From Candidatus Hydrogenedentales bacterium (GTDB taxonomy: Bacteria > Hydrogenedentota > Hydrogenedentia > Hydrogenedentales > JAEUWI01), in NCBI GenBank assembly GCA_044344195.1, contig JBIJDL010000001.1, positions 1 through 54,036 of the forward strand: a DNA stretch of 54,036 nucleotides. The letters run 5' to 3'. Positions 26,181 through 34,002 of this stretch are shown here, piece by piece (within the stretch, counting starts at the first letter, position 1; each line of letters starts with the position of its first letter). The translations under genes were made by a program, and so were the position numbers. The notes below the pieces were generated by a model. That model had not been told where the DNA came from and did not search any database. It was given only the letters and a program-made list of their open reading frames with translations.

Positions 26181-27301
26181 GCGGGGGCATTCATGCATCG
26201 CGCGCCATCGTCGATCTGGGGGCCTACGCCCATAACCTCGGCGTAGCCCGGCATTTCGCGGGAGCCCGCCGCACCGTCATGGCGGTGATCAAGGCCAATG
26301 GCTACGGTCTGGGCGCCCTCCCCATGGCCCGCCGCGCGCTGGATTCGGGCGCGTCGATGCTCGGCGTGGCCACGCTCGATGAAGGCGTGGAGTTGCGCGA
26401 GGGCGGCATCGAAGGCCCGATCCTCATTCTGATGCAGCCGTCCGCCGAAGCCTTTCCTGCGGCCGTGACCTATGACCTTACCCTCACCCTCTGCGATCTG
26501 GGCGCAGGCAAACGGCTCGGCGATCTGGCGCGCAAAGCGGACCGGGTGCTGCCTGTGCACTGCATGGTGGATACCGGCATGAGCCGACAGGGCTTTTCCG
26601 TCGAATCGGCGTCGCGGGACATACCCGCGCTGGCGCGCATTGCTCACCTGAATATTGAAGGTATCGCCACCCACTTTCCCATTGCGGAGCGGGCGCAGGA
26701 TCCCTTTACCCTGGGACAGATTGAAGCGCTCAAGGGGGTCCTCGCGAAGCTCGATGAGGCGGGTGTGCCCTATGATATGGTTCACGGCGCCAACAGTGCG
26801 GGCGTGATAAACTACGGGGACCGCGTGTTCACCGTGGTGCGTCCGGGCATTATGAGCTACGGGGTCTGGCCCACGGAGGAGCGTCCGGCGGTTAACCCCC
26901 TGCGCCCGGTGCTGCATTGGATCACGCAGGTGTCTCAGGTGCGGGCGCTGGAGCCGGGCGCGACCGTGAGCTATGGCCGGACCTACGAGTCGCCCGGCGG
27001 CATGATAGCCGCCATGTTGCCCGTGGGCTATGCCGATGGCTACCGTCTGGCCCTGTCGAATAGGGCGGAGGTGTTGATTCGCGGCCATCGTTGTCCTGTC
27101 CGCGGTCGGGTCTGCATGGATCAGATGGTGGTGGATGTGAGTCATGTGCCGGGCGTCGCCGTCGGCGATGACGCGGTGCTGGTGGGGAAACAGGGCGAAG
27201 AAGAGGTCACGGTGGAAGAATTGGCAACGTTGGCGGGAACGATCCCTTATGAGATATTGACGGGCATCGGGCGGCGCGTTCCCCGGGAGTATGTTGGGTA
27301 A
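26177..27301 (+). CDS. alr: Alanine racemase
   Basis: PLP-lysine motif AVIKANGYGLG and C-terminal motifs (VSYGRTY, PVGYADGY); 374 aa. Its start overlaps the pgsA stop by 4 bp. Confidence 0.9.
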   Translation: MSGGIHASRAIVDLGAYAHNLGVARHFAGARRTVMAVIKANGYGLGALPMARRALDSGASMLGVATLDEGVELREGGIEGPILILMQPSAEAFPAAVTYDLTLTLCDLGAGKRLGDLARKADRVLPVHCMVDTGMSRQGFSVESASRDIPALARIAHLNIEGIATHFPIAERAQDPFTLGQIEALKGVLAKLDEAGVPYDMVHGANSAGVINYGDRVFTVVRPGIMSYGVWPTEERPAVNPLRPVLHWITQVSQVRALEPGATVSYGRTYESPGGMIAAMLPVGYADGYRLALSNRAEVLIRGHRCPVRGRVCMDQMVVDVSHVPGVAVGDDAVLVGKQGEEEVTVEELATLAGTIPYEILTGIGRRVPREYVG

Positions 27302-27325
27302 AACGTCAATGCGAGCAGCCCATGC

Positions 27326-27532
27326 CGGGTGCCACCTCAATCGAGCAACGCTCGTTTGGGTGCCTTGAGGGAGGTGGATTGCATCCAACAAGCGAAACCC
27401 TAACCCGACTCGTTGGCCAGCGCCGAAAAATGCTCTCGCCGATTACCATGCCCGAAGCGGTCCGCTCTCGGCCTACAAGATACCTGCGCTCATCGCACCC
27501 AAACGAGCGTTGCTCGATTGAGGTGGCACCCG
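27326..27532. repeat. Perfect 37-38 bp inverted repeat flanking a 131-bp spacer (MITE-like or long-hairpin element)
   Basis: GGGTGCCACCTCAATCGAGCAACGCTCGTTTGGGTGC at 27327-27363 is the exact reverse complement of 27495-27531. The flanking C27326/G27532 pair extends it to 38 bp. Verified base by base. Confidence 0.9.
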
Positions 27533-27597
27533 ACGTCACGGATTCATGCCTGCGCAAATTTTGTTGTTCTTGTGCCCTACAAATGGAGAACCCAACC

Positions 27598-28116
27598 ATG
27601 GCGGAAGTACATCTGGTGGACGGCTACAATGTCCTGCACCAGTCGCAGAAGCTGCTTCACCTCGTCCGCCAGGACATGGAAACGGCGCGGGAGGCCTTCA
27701 TCGACAAGGTGGCCCATTTCTGCATCCAAACGGGGAAACACGTGGTGGTGGTGTTCGACGGGCGCGGCCCGAGGATCGTGCAGAAGGTGGCCCACAACCG
27801 CAGCGTGCCGTCCCTGGAAGTACTGTATTCACCGGGGCATTTGACGGCGGACGCGGTAATCGAGCGGATGGTGTACAAGACGCCGCGCAAGATGGATGTG
27901 GTGGTGGTGACCAGCGATCGGGGCGTACGCGATCTGTGCCGGGGCATGGGCGCGCTGGTGATGGACGCGGCGAATTTTCTGAGCAGCCTGGAGGAGACGC
28001 GGACGTCGATCCGGGAGACGGTCACCAACACGCGGAAGCCCTCGCCCAACCATCTTGAGGAGCGCCTCAACGCCGATTCGCTGGCGAAGCTCCAAGCGCT
28101 GCGGAAGAAACTATAG
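27598..28116 (+). CDS. YacP/NYN-domain (PIN-like) predicted ribonuclease
   Basis: MAEVHLVDGYNVLH N-terminus, VVVVFDG, and VVTSD with acidic residues, all typical of YacP-type NYN domains. GGAG lies 9 nt upstream of the ATG at 27598. The ORF-track start at 27322 would read through the inverted-repeat element. Confidence 0.7.
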   Translation: MAEVHLVDGYNVLHQSQKLLHLVRQDMETAREAFIDKVAHFCIQTGKHVVVVFDGRGPRIVQKVAHNRSVPSLEVLYSPGHLTADAVIERMVYKTPRKMDVVVVTSDRGVRDLCRGMGALVMDAANFLSSLEETRTSIRETVTNTRKPSPNHLEERLNADSLAKLQALRKKL

Positions 28117-28123
28117 CGCCCCC

Positions 28124-28150
28124 GCCGGAGCAAAATTCAATTGCTCCGGC
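28124..28150. terminator. Hairpin between convergent genes (bidirectional terminator candidate, no T-tract)
   Basis: GCCGGAGCAA (28124-28133) / TTGCTCCGGC (28141-28150) with a 7-nt loop. It lies between the yacP-like stop (28116) and the stop of the 430-aa gene (28180). Confidence 0.4.
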
Positions 28151-28179
28151 GAAGGCGCAGATCAGGAGGGAACGGGGAC

Positions 28180-29472
28180 TCAGGGCGGGCAGTTGCCCAG
28201 GGGCGCGGTGCTGCAGTATTCGTCCAGCATGTATGCACATTCCCCCGGTGCGATGCATATAAGTTTATTCACTTTTTGCATCAGGGTGAGCTTCGCTTCG
28301 TGCTGGCGAAGCCGGGTGGCAAGATCGGCGCGGGACGCGGGCGAGCCCTCGGGTTCCGGCGACGCGGTGTAGAGGGCCTTCAGGTCCGCATCGCCATAGC
28401 GCTCGAGGAATACGTCGATGGCCTCGGCGGCGGCGGCATGATCGAAGTCATGGAGCATGAAGGGGAGGCAGATCTCGGGCTTCACATCGAGGATCCGCTG
28501 AAATGGCACCAGGACTTCGGCGGGGATACCGGGATCCGAATAGACCTCGCGAAAGGTCAACGCCGAAACCTCCGGATCCTGAAGTGCGTCCAGGATCTGA
28601 TCGAGGGCGGCCACGATCCGATCCCGCTCCAGCGGGGTGAACCAGTAGTCCCGGTCGGCCTGTACCCGTGCGCGGAAGTGGGGCAGGACCTTTGGGTTGG
28701 CCAGGGGCAAGTCGAAGAAGTCGCCGTAGCTCAATCCCGCCATGAGATAGGCCATGGTATTGATCTTGAGGTGAACGTCCTTGAAGAGGAAGGCGTTTTC
28801 CGGCGGGACACAGGAGCGAACGTCCCACCGATCATCGGCCGGATCGCTCACATAGCCGGGGGCGGCGGGCTTGCAAATTCCCACCAGTTCGACCAGGAGC
28901 CCCACGCGTTTGGCGCGCACCATGACGCGGTTGAACTCCGACTTGATCGCCAGGGCGGGGGAACGCTCGTAGAGGTCCGCGAGGGTGTGGGTCGAGCCGA
29001 TCAGGGCGAGCAGGCCATCGAGGCTCTCCTTCGCCAGGACGGGGTCGAAGCCGGGTTGTACGAAGGGAATGCAGACGAATGGTGACACGTTTTCCAATTC
29101 CTTGAAGCGCGGAATCAGCGTGGGAAAGTTGCCGGCGGGCTGTGTGGAGAGGTCGTGGAGCGTGACCGGATTGGGAAGGGCCTCAATGGCCCGGAGCACC
29201 TGATCCAGCGCGCCGAGGCAGACCCGTTGTTCGCCTTTTGACAGCAATTTCTCCGAGACCATGGCCGGGCGCGTCACCTTGCCCAGCACCTCCGACAGCA
29301 CCTCCAGCGCGGGCCGCCGGTAGAGTGCTTCAAAGGTCAGCCCCTCGGTGGCATTGGCGAGGACCGCCACTTTTCGATAGATGTCGCGATAGCGGGCGTA
29401 GTGCCCTTCGCCCATGCGCAACAGGGCCGGTTCAATATCCCAGATTCCGTTTCCAGACAAACTTGCTGACAT
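28180..29472 (-). CDS. Hypothetical cytoplasmic protein built from two tandem ~210-aa homologous modules; no family recognised
   Basis: The amino-acid composition is protein-like and diverse, unlike the R/G-rich + strand shadow ORF 28141-29085. Residues 81-205 align clearly with 282-415 (ALDQVLRAIEAL.../ALDQILDALQDP...; PFVCIPFVQPGFD/PEICLPFMLHDFD; GICKPAAPG/LICIAPGE). It lies 54 bp downstream of the kinase gene on the same strand. Confidence 0.7.
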   Translation of the reverse strand: MSASLSGNGIWDIEPALLRMGEGHYARYRDIYRKVAVLANATEGLTFEALYRRPALEVLSEVLGKVTRPAMVSEKLLSKGEQRVCLGALDQVLRAIEALPNPVTLHDLSTQPAGNFPTLIPRFKELENVSPFVCIPFVQPGFDPVLAKESLDGLLALIGSTHTLADLYERSPALAIKSEFNRVMVRAKRVGLLVELVGICKPAAPGYVSDPADDRWDVRSCVPPENAFLFKDVHLKINTMAYLMAGLSYGDFFDLPLANPKVLPHFRARVQADRDYWFTPLERDRIVAALDQILDALQDPEVSALTFREVYSDPGIPAEVLVPFQRILDVKPEICLPFMLHDFDHAAAAEAIDVFLERYGDADLKALYTASPEPEGSPASRADLATRLRQHEAKLTLMQKVNKLICIAPGECAYMLDEYCSTAPLGNCPP

Positions 29473-29526
29473 GCTCCATGCCTTTCCAGGTAGATCCCCT
29501 CAGCCCGCACATACTTGACTGGCCTG

Positions 29527-32500
29527 TCACAAGACAGACCAGGTCAGGTCCACTACTTGAAAACGATCCCGGATCACCCGAAGACGCACCTCTCCGGAGA
29601 ATCCCCCCTCCAACGCGCTCGCGGCACGATCCACCCAATCCGTCAACTGGGCATAGCTGGTGATTGCGTTGCCATTAACCGCGGCGATACGATCCTGATC
29701 GCCCAAACCGAGTGCCGCCAGATCCTGCTCTTCCTTTGGGGTTGAAGTGGAGGGTAGCCAGATGCCATTCAGCGCATCCGGTCCCTCCAGACCGGCACCC
29801 CGGTCATTGTCCAACCGCTGACTGTATCTGGTCAGGAAATCCTGCTGGCTATGCAGGAGTTCGCGGGTATTGGCCAAGGCGACGCGCGCCCGATCACGGG
29901 GCACTTCAATGGTCCTGGCGAGGGTCAACAGGCCAGCCCGCCGGTGCTCGATGGTAATTTCGGTTCCTTCCCGCGCGAGGGAAAGGGTCAGCGTGCCACC
30001 GGAACTTCCGTCCGCTGCGGCGAAGGATTGGAGCGCCGCTTCGAGGGTCCGTTGATTGGCGCAGGTCGCGCCATTCAGCGTTGTGACGGAATCGCCGGGG
30101 ATCAATCCCAGCCGGGCCAGCGGGTTGGCGCTGTTCTCCGTATATAACTCGCTGTCGCGATCCCCGGCCCGTTTAACCAGGCGCTGGAGCGCTTCTTCTG
30201 CCACGGACGCGGGTGTGAGCGAAATGATGAAGTTCTGGTGGATCGAAAAGTCCCGGGTAGTTTGGGATCGCGAGCGCTTATATCCGCTCAGTACTTCAGC
30301 GGCAACGCCATCCGGTTTGCAGAGGGCCTTGGGAAAGGCGGACAGCACTTGCACAGAGTCCAACTGATTGCCAATGAGAATTCGGTCGTGGTCCGGGTCC
30401 AGAAGCAGGGAACCCATCTGGACATCTTCCGGCGGGGCGGGTGCGGCCACCTGCTGGCCGGACTTCGCATCCCACAACCTAAACCCGTCCTGCCTCGTCA
30501 GCCCGATCAGGCGTTTGCCGTCTCGGCCAAAGCCGAGCGAGGTCAGTACCGTGTTGGAGGCGCTCAAGGGAAGGGATTCCAGTGGCGTTTTCACGGAGAA
30601 GATTGCGGCGGCTTCCCCGTCAAAGGACGCGGCCACCGACTGGCCATCGGGACTGCAGGCCAGCACTGCCACCGGGGGGCCCGCTCCGCGAAGTTCCTGC
30701 TTGATGGAGCCCGAGCGGCTGTCCCAGAGCAGAATTCGGCCCGCGCGGTCCCCGGTCGCGATAAAGTCACCATCCGGCATGACGGCGAGCGCCAGAACAC
30801 GGTCGGCATGGTCGTCGAAGCGCAATACCTCCTCGCCCGTGCGACTGTCCCACAGATACACCGAGGAGCTGTCGCCCAGTGCCGCCACCGTCCGGCCCTC
30901 CTGGCAGTATTCGAGTGCGCGAATAATTCCCGGGCTTCCGGTCCACTGCGCCAATATTTCACCATCGGGAAGATGAAGTATCTGGGCCGTCTTTTCGCCC
31001 AATGCCGCCACGGCTTGATCACCCGCAGGGCTGACAGCGACTTGCAAGTTGAGGTTGGGCTCGAAGGAGGCCAGGGCCAGTATGGGCTCCAGGGAGGCAG
31101 CGTCGAGAAAGCGCGCGATGCCGTTCGAACTGCCCGCACCGATGATCGGGGCCGCTTCGGAGCGGGCGAGATCCACAATCCGATGCGGCGATGTGCCTGC
31201 CGTGGTTCTGCCGGTCTCGGGGATCTTCCACGCCTTGATTGCAGCATCGCCGGCGCAGGAATAGAACATTCCGTTGTCGTCGCCGAAGGCTCCGGCACGC
31301 ACCCAGTTTGAATGGCCTTTCAACGTGGTTACCGGGGCCCCGTCTTTCGTCCGGAATATCCGGATCTCATGGGGTGTGGCGGCCAGCGCAATTAGTTCGC
31401 TGTCCGGACTGAAGGCCAGGATGTGGGACAGGGCGTCGTTCTGAATCGTGGCTACGGGTTTGCTTGATGCGACATCCCAGAGGCGCATCACGCCATCCTC
31501 CACGAGCGCGGCGACGTGCTGTCCGGAGGGGCTGAGGACGGGCTGCTTTGGTTCGCCGGGAAGCTCCGGGCTTTCGAAGAGCAGCGCGCCCGACTCCAGT
31601 TCACGCACTTGAATGACGCGGCCGCTGCGCAGGGCGAAGCGTTCGAGGTTTTGGCTCAGGGTGGGTCCATAACCGATGAACTCCTGTTTCGCCTGGCCGT
31701 TGGTCACGTCCCACAGCACGGTGCGGCCGCTTCGGTCCGAGGTAAGGGCCAGTGCACCGTTCCGGCTCATCCCGAAAACCTGGCATGCGGCATCGTGGGC
31801 TTCAATCTGCCGGACCACGGCACCCGTACTGCAATTCCAGATGAAAAGGGATCCGTCACTCGTTCCGGAGGCCAGCATGGCGCCATCGCCGCTGAAAACC
31901 ACGCTGTCGAAGGACACCCCACTCTTCGTGAACTCATGGACAGGGCTGTAATTCTGGAAATCATAGAGTTGCACCCGACCGTCCACCCGCCCCACGGCCA
32001 GCCAGGCGCCATCCGGGGAAACCTCAGCCGTGGCCCCCGTCACGAGGGTCAGGGGGAGGCGATGCAAGGGGCTGAGGTCGGTGCATGCCCGGACCACCAG
32101 TTCATCCTGGGCGCTCAGCGAGAGCAGCCGTCCGCCGGGAGCGGTCCAAACACGGTGCACTTGTGCCTGTTGATCCACATTCGTGGCGTAGTCCTGATTG
32201 CACTGTTCAAAAAGCAGGCCCCACTCCAGGTTGCGCTGGGTGGCGGGCTGTTCGAGCAGCAGGTCCGTCGCTTGGTCAAAGGCCTGGCCTTCGATATGGT
32301 TCGCCGCCAGTTGGATATTGGCGCGGTAGGCGCTCCCTTCCGCTTCGGCGCGGGCGGCCTCTGCGGCGACGCGCTGGAGCCGTTCCCGGTGGTTTGCTTC
32401 GAGTATGTTGGCGTAGGCCGCGATCGCCACAATCAGCGTAATGGCGGCGGCGGTCATGGCGGTGTTGCAGAGGGCCCGGTTCCGGCGGTAGTAATGGCGG

Positions 32501-33855
32501 ATCAGTTCTCCGGTGGTGTACTCGTATCCCTTGACCAGCGCGCCGGTGGTGAAGCGGGTGAGTTCATCGGCCAGTTCACCGGCGGAGGCATAGCGGCGTG
32601 CGGGATCCCGGGCCATGGCTCGGGCGCAGATGGCGGCGAGGGCGGGCGGGATTTCGGGCTCGTGGGTGAGAACGCTGGGGGGCGCGTCCTTCCGGACTTT
32701 CTGGAGCACCACACGGCTGGTGGTTCCTGTATAGGGGGTCCTGCCCGTGACCACTTCATAGAGGACGACACCAAGAGCGTACACGTCGGAGCGTGGGCCG
32801 ACTTCGTCCATGCGTCCCTCCGCCTGCTCGGGCGCCATGTAGTGGGGCGTGCCGACCGGCAGGCCCGCTGCGGTCAGGCGCGGATCCTCGGGGCGGGCCG
32901 CGAGCTGCGCCTCGGTGAAGGTTTCGAGATCGGCGGCAAAGGGGTCCTCCTGATCGATGACGCGGGCGAGCCCCCAGTCGATGACCACGGTTTCGCCGAA
33001 GGCGCCCACCATGACATTGGAGGGCTTGATGTCCCGGTGGATGATGCCCTTGTCATGGGCATAGGCGATGGCCTGGCACAAGTTGATGACGTGGGGCAGA
33101 AGTTTGAGCCGTTCACCGAGGGTCCGGCACCCGTGGATAGCATGATAGAGGGACTGGCCGCGCACGAGTTTCATGGTGTAATAGTGGGAGCCGTCCGGGC
33201 GCCGGCCCAGTTCGTAGACTGGGATGATGGAGGGGTGTTCGAGGCTTCCCGTGATGCGGGCCTCGCGGAGGAAACGCTGCACCTCATAGGCGGAGACCTG
33301 CGGCGGCATGCCGCCCGCAAGAGTCGCATCGCCGGTGTTGAGGGCGGGGGCGAGCTCCTTCATGGCGATGGTGCGATTCATGCGCTCGTCGCGCACGATG
33401 AGGATGCGGCCCATCCCGCCGCGGTCGTGTTCCACGGGATCCACATAGCGCGACGAAGCCCCGTCGGTATCCAGTTCCACGGGCTCGGACAAGGTGCGCC
33501 AGGGGGCTGGTGGGCCCGCCAGCGTGGGCATCTGGTGCAGTCCGGCGTCTTCGTCATCCCCGCCGCCTTCGAGTTCCGCGATGGCTTGGGCAGCATCGCC
33601 GTTGTGGCGTTCCAAGAGGCGCGCAACCACGGCGCGAATCCGGGCCGAGTCGCGTTCGGTAAGGAGGGCGGCGCGGACGAGGGCCCGGGCGAAGTCTTCC
33701 TCCGGCGTATCGAGGTGGTCCTGAAGCACGGGATCGACGTCGGCACCGGCTACCAGTTGGAGGTCCACCGCCACGCGCCTGAACAAGACGTTATTACCAT
33801 TGGCCATGCGTATTTCCCGATCGGTCGCACCCGACGGCTGCCGTTGAGTATTCAC
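29527..33855 (-). CDS. Transmembrane Ser/Thr protein kinase with extracytoplasmic WD40 beta-propeller region and two C-terminal PDZ-like domains
   Basis: Kinase motifs: GGMGRI, IAMKEL (Lys), HRDIKPSN, DWGLA, GTPHYMAPE. One TM helix (AMTAAAITLIVAIAAYANIL, residues ~466-485). Many WD-type repeats follow (e.g. DGSLFIWN, GRTVLWDV, GVMRLWDV, SSVYLWDS, GRILLWDS, DGFRLWDA). PDZ-like segments are GLIPGDSVTTLNG and LGLGDQDRIAAVNGNAI. An alternative start is Met17 (33807). Confidence 0.9.
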   Translation of the reverse strand: MNTQRQPSGATDREIRMANGNNVLFRRVAVDLQLVAGADVDPVLQDHLDTPEEDFARALVRAALLTERDSARIRAVVARLLERHNGDAAQAIAELEGGGDDEDAGLHQMPTLAGPPAPWRTLSEPVELDTDGASSRYVDPVEHDRGGMGRILIVRDERMNRTIAMKELAPALNTGDATLAGGMPPQVSAYEVQRFLREARITGSLEHPSIIPVYELGRRPDGSHYYTMKLVRGQSLYHAIHGCRTLGERLKLLPHVINLCQAIAYAHDKGIIHRDIKPSNVMVGAFGETVVIDWGLARVIDQEDPFAADLETFTEAQLAARPEDPRLTAAGLPVGTPHYMAPEQAEGRMDEVGPRSDVYALGVVLYEVVTGRTPYTGTTSRVVLQKVRKDAPPSVLTHEPEIPPALAAICARAMARDPARRYASAGELADELTRFTTGALVKGYEYTTGELIRHYYRRNRALCNTAMTAAAITLIVAIAAYANILEANHRERLQRVAAEAARAEAEGSAYRANIQLAANHIEGQAFDQATDLLLEQPATQRNLEWGLLFEQCNQDYATNVDQQAQVHRVWTAPGGRLLSLSAQDELVVRACTDLSPLHRLPLTLVTGATAEVSPDGAWLAVGRVDGRVQLYDFQNYSPVHEFTKSGVSFDSVVFSGDGAMLASGTSDGSLFIWNCSTGAVVRQIEAHDAACQVFGMSRNGALALTSDRSGRTVLWDVTNGQAKQEFIGYGPTLSQNLERFALRSGRVIQVRELESGALLFESPELPGEPKQPVLSPSGQHVAALVEDGVMRLWDVASSKPVATIQNDALSHILAFSPDSELIALAATPHEIRIFRTKDGAPVTTLKGHSNWVRAGAFGDDNGMFYSCAGDAAIKAWKIPETGRTTAGTSPHRIVDLARSEAAPIIGAGSSNGIARFLDAASLEPILALASFEPNLNLQVAVSPAGDQAVAALGEKTAQILHLPDGEILAQWTGSPGIIRALEYCQEGRTVAALGDSSSVYLWDSRTGEEVLRFDDHADRVLALAVMPDGDFIATGDRAGRILLWDSRSGSIKQELRGAGPPVAVLACSPDGQSVAASFDGEAAAIFSVKTPLESLPLSASNTVLTSLGFGRDGKRLIGLTRQDGFRLWDAKSGQQVAAPAPPEDVQMGSLLLDPDHDRILIGNQLDSVQVLSAFPKALCKPDGVAAEVLSGYKRSRSQTTRDFSIHQNFIISLTPASVAEEALQRLVKRAGDRDSELYTENSANPLARLGLIPGDSVTTLNGATCANQRTLEAALQSFAAADGSSGGTLTLSLAREGTEITIEHRRAGLLTLARTIEVPRDRARVALANTRELLHSQQDFLTRYSQRLDNDRGAGLEGPDALNGIWLPSTSTPKEEQDLAALGLGDQDRIAAVNGNAITSYAQLTDWVDRAASALEGGFSGEVRLRVIRDRFQVVDLTWSVL

Positions 33856-33957
33856 CGGCGGTGCCCACCGGGGTCGCGTTCACAAGGGACCATGAATGCG
33901 CACGATGAGGGAGCCGACAGTGCCGGTCAGTGCGCACCGTAATACCCAGTGTGCGTT

Positions 33958-33987
33958 ATTATAGTGGGCGGGTCATACGGCTGGCAA
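33958..33987 (-). promoter_or_regulatory. Sigma-70-type promoter candidate for the kinase gene (TTGCCA-N18-TATAAT)
   Basis: On the minus strand, -35 TTGCCA is at 33982-33987 and a perfect -10 TATAAT is at 33958-33963, ~100 nt upstream of the ATG at 33855. Confidence 0.45.
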
Positions 33988-34002
33988 TCCCGCAGGAAAG
34001 AA

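Noticed and set aside
26117-27391. 424-aa minus-strand ORF opposite alr that extends into the inverted-repeat element
   Set aside because: alr motifs are clear on the + strand. The antisense ORF start lies inside the IR element, which explains why similar peptides (SIEQRSFGC, TSVARLRWHP) appear in ORFs on both strands.
28141-29085. 314-aa + strand ORF overlapping the 430-aa hypothetical gene
   Set aside because: It is R/G-rich (MLRRRRRSGGNGDSGR...) and low in complexity. The minus frame has a balanced composition and an internally duplicated domain structure, which is strong evidence of real coding.
29538-29551. ACCAGGTCAGGTCC, identical to part of the conserved SRP (4.5S) RNA domain IV motif
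   Set aside because: It lies inside the 3' end of the kinase coding region. It is not followed by the GGAAGGAAGCAGCC continuation or a complementary closing helix, so it is a chance match.
31516-33942. 808-aa + strand ORF opposite the Ser/Thr kinase gene, together with other + strand ORFs at 30238-31311 and 30368-30976
   Set aside because: The minus frame encodes canonical kinase and WD40 motifs. The + strand translations are G/A/R/H-rich shadows.
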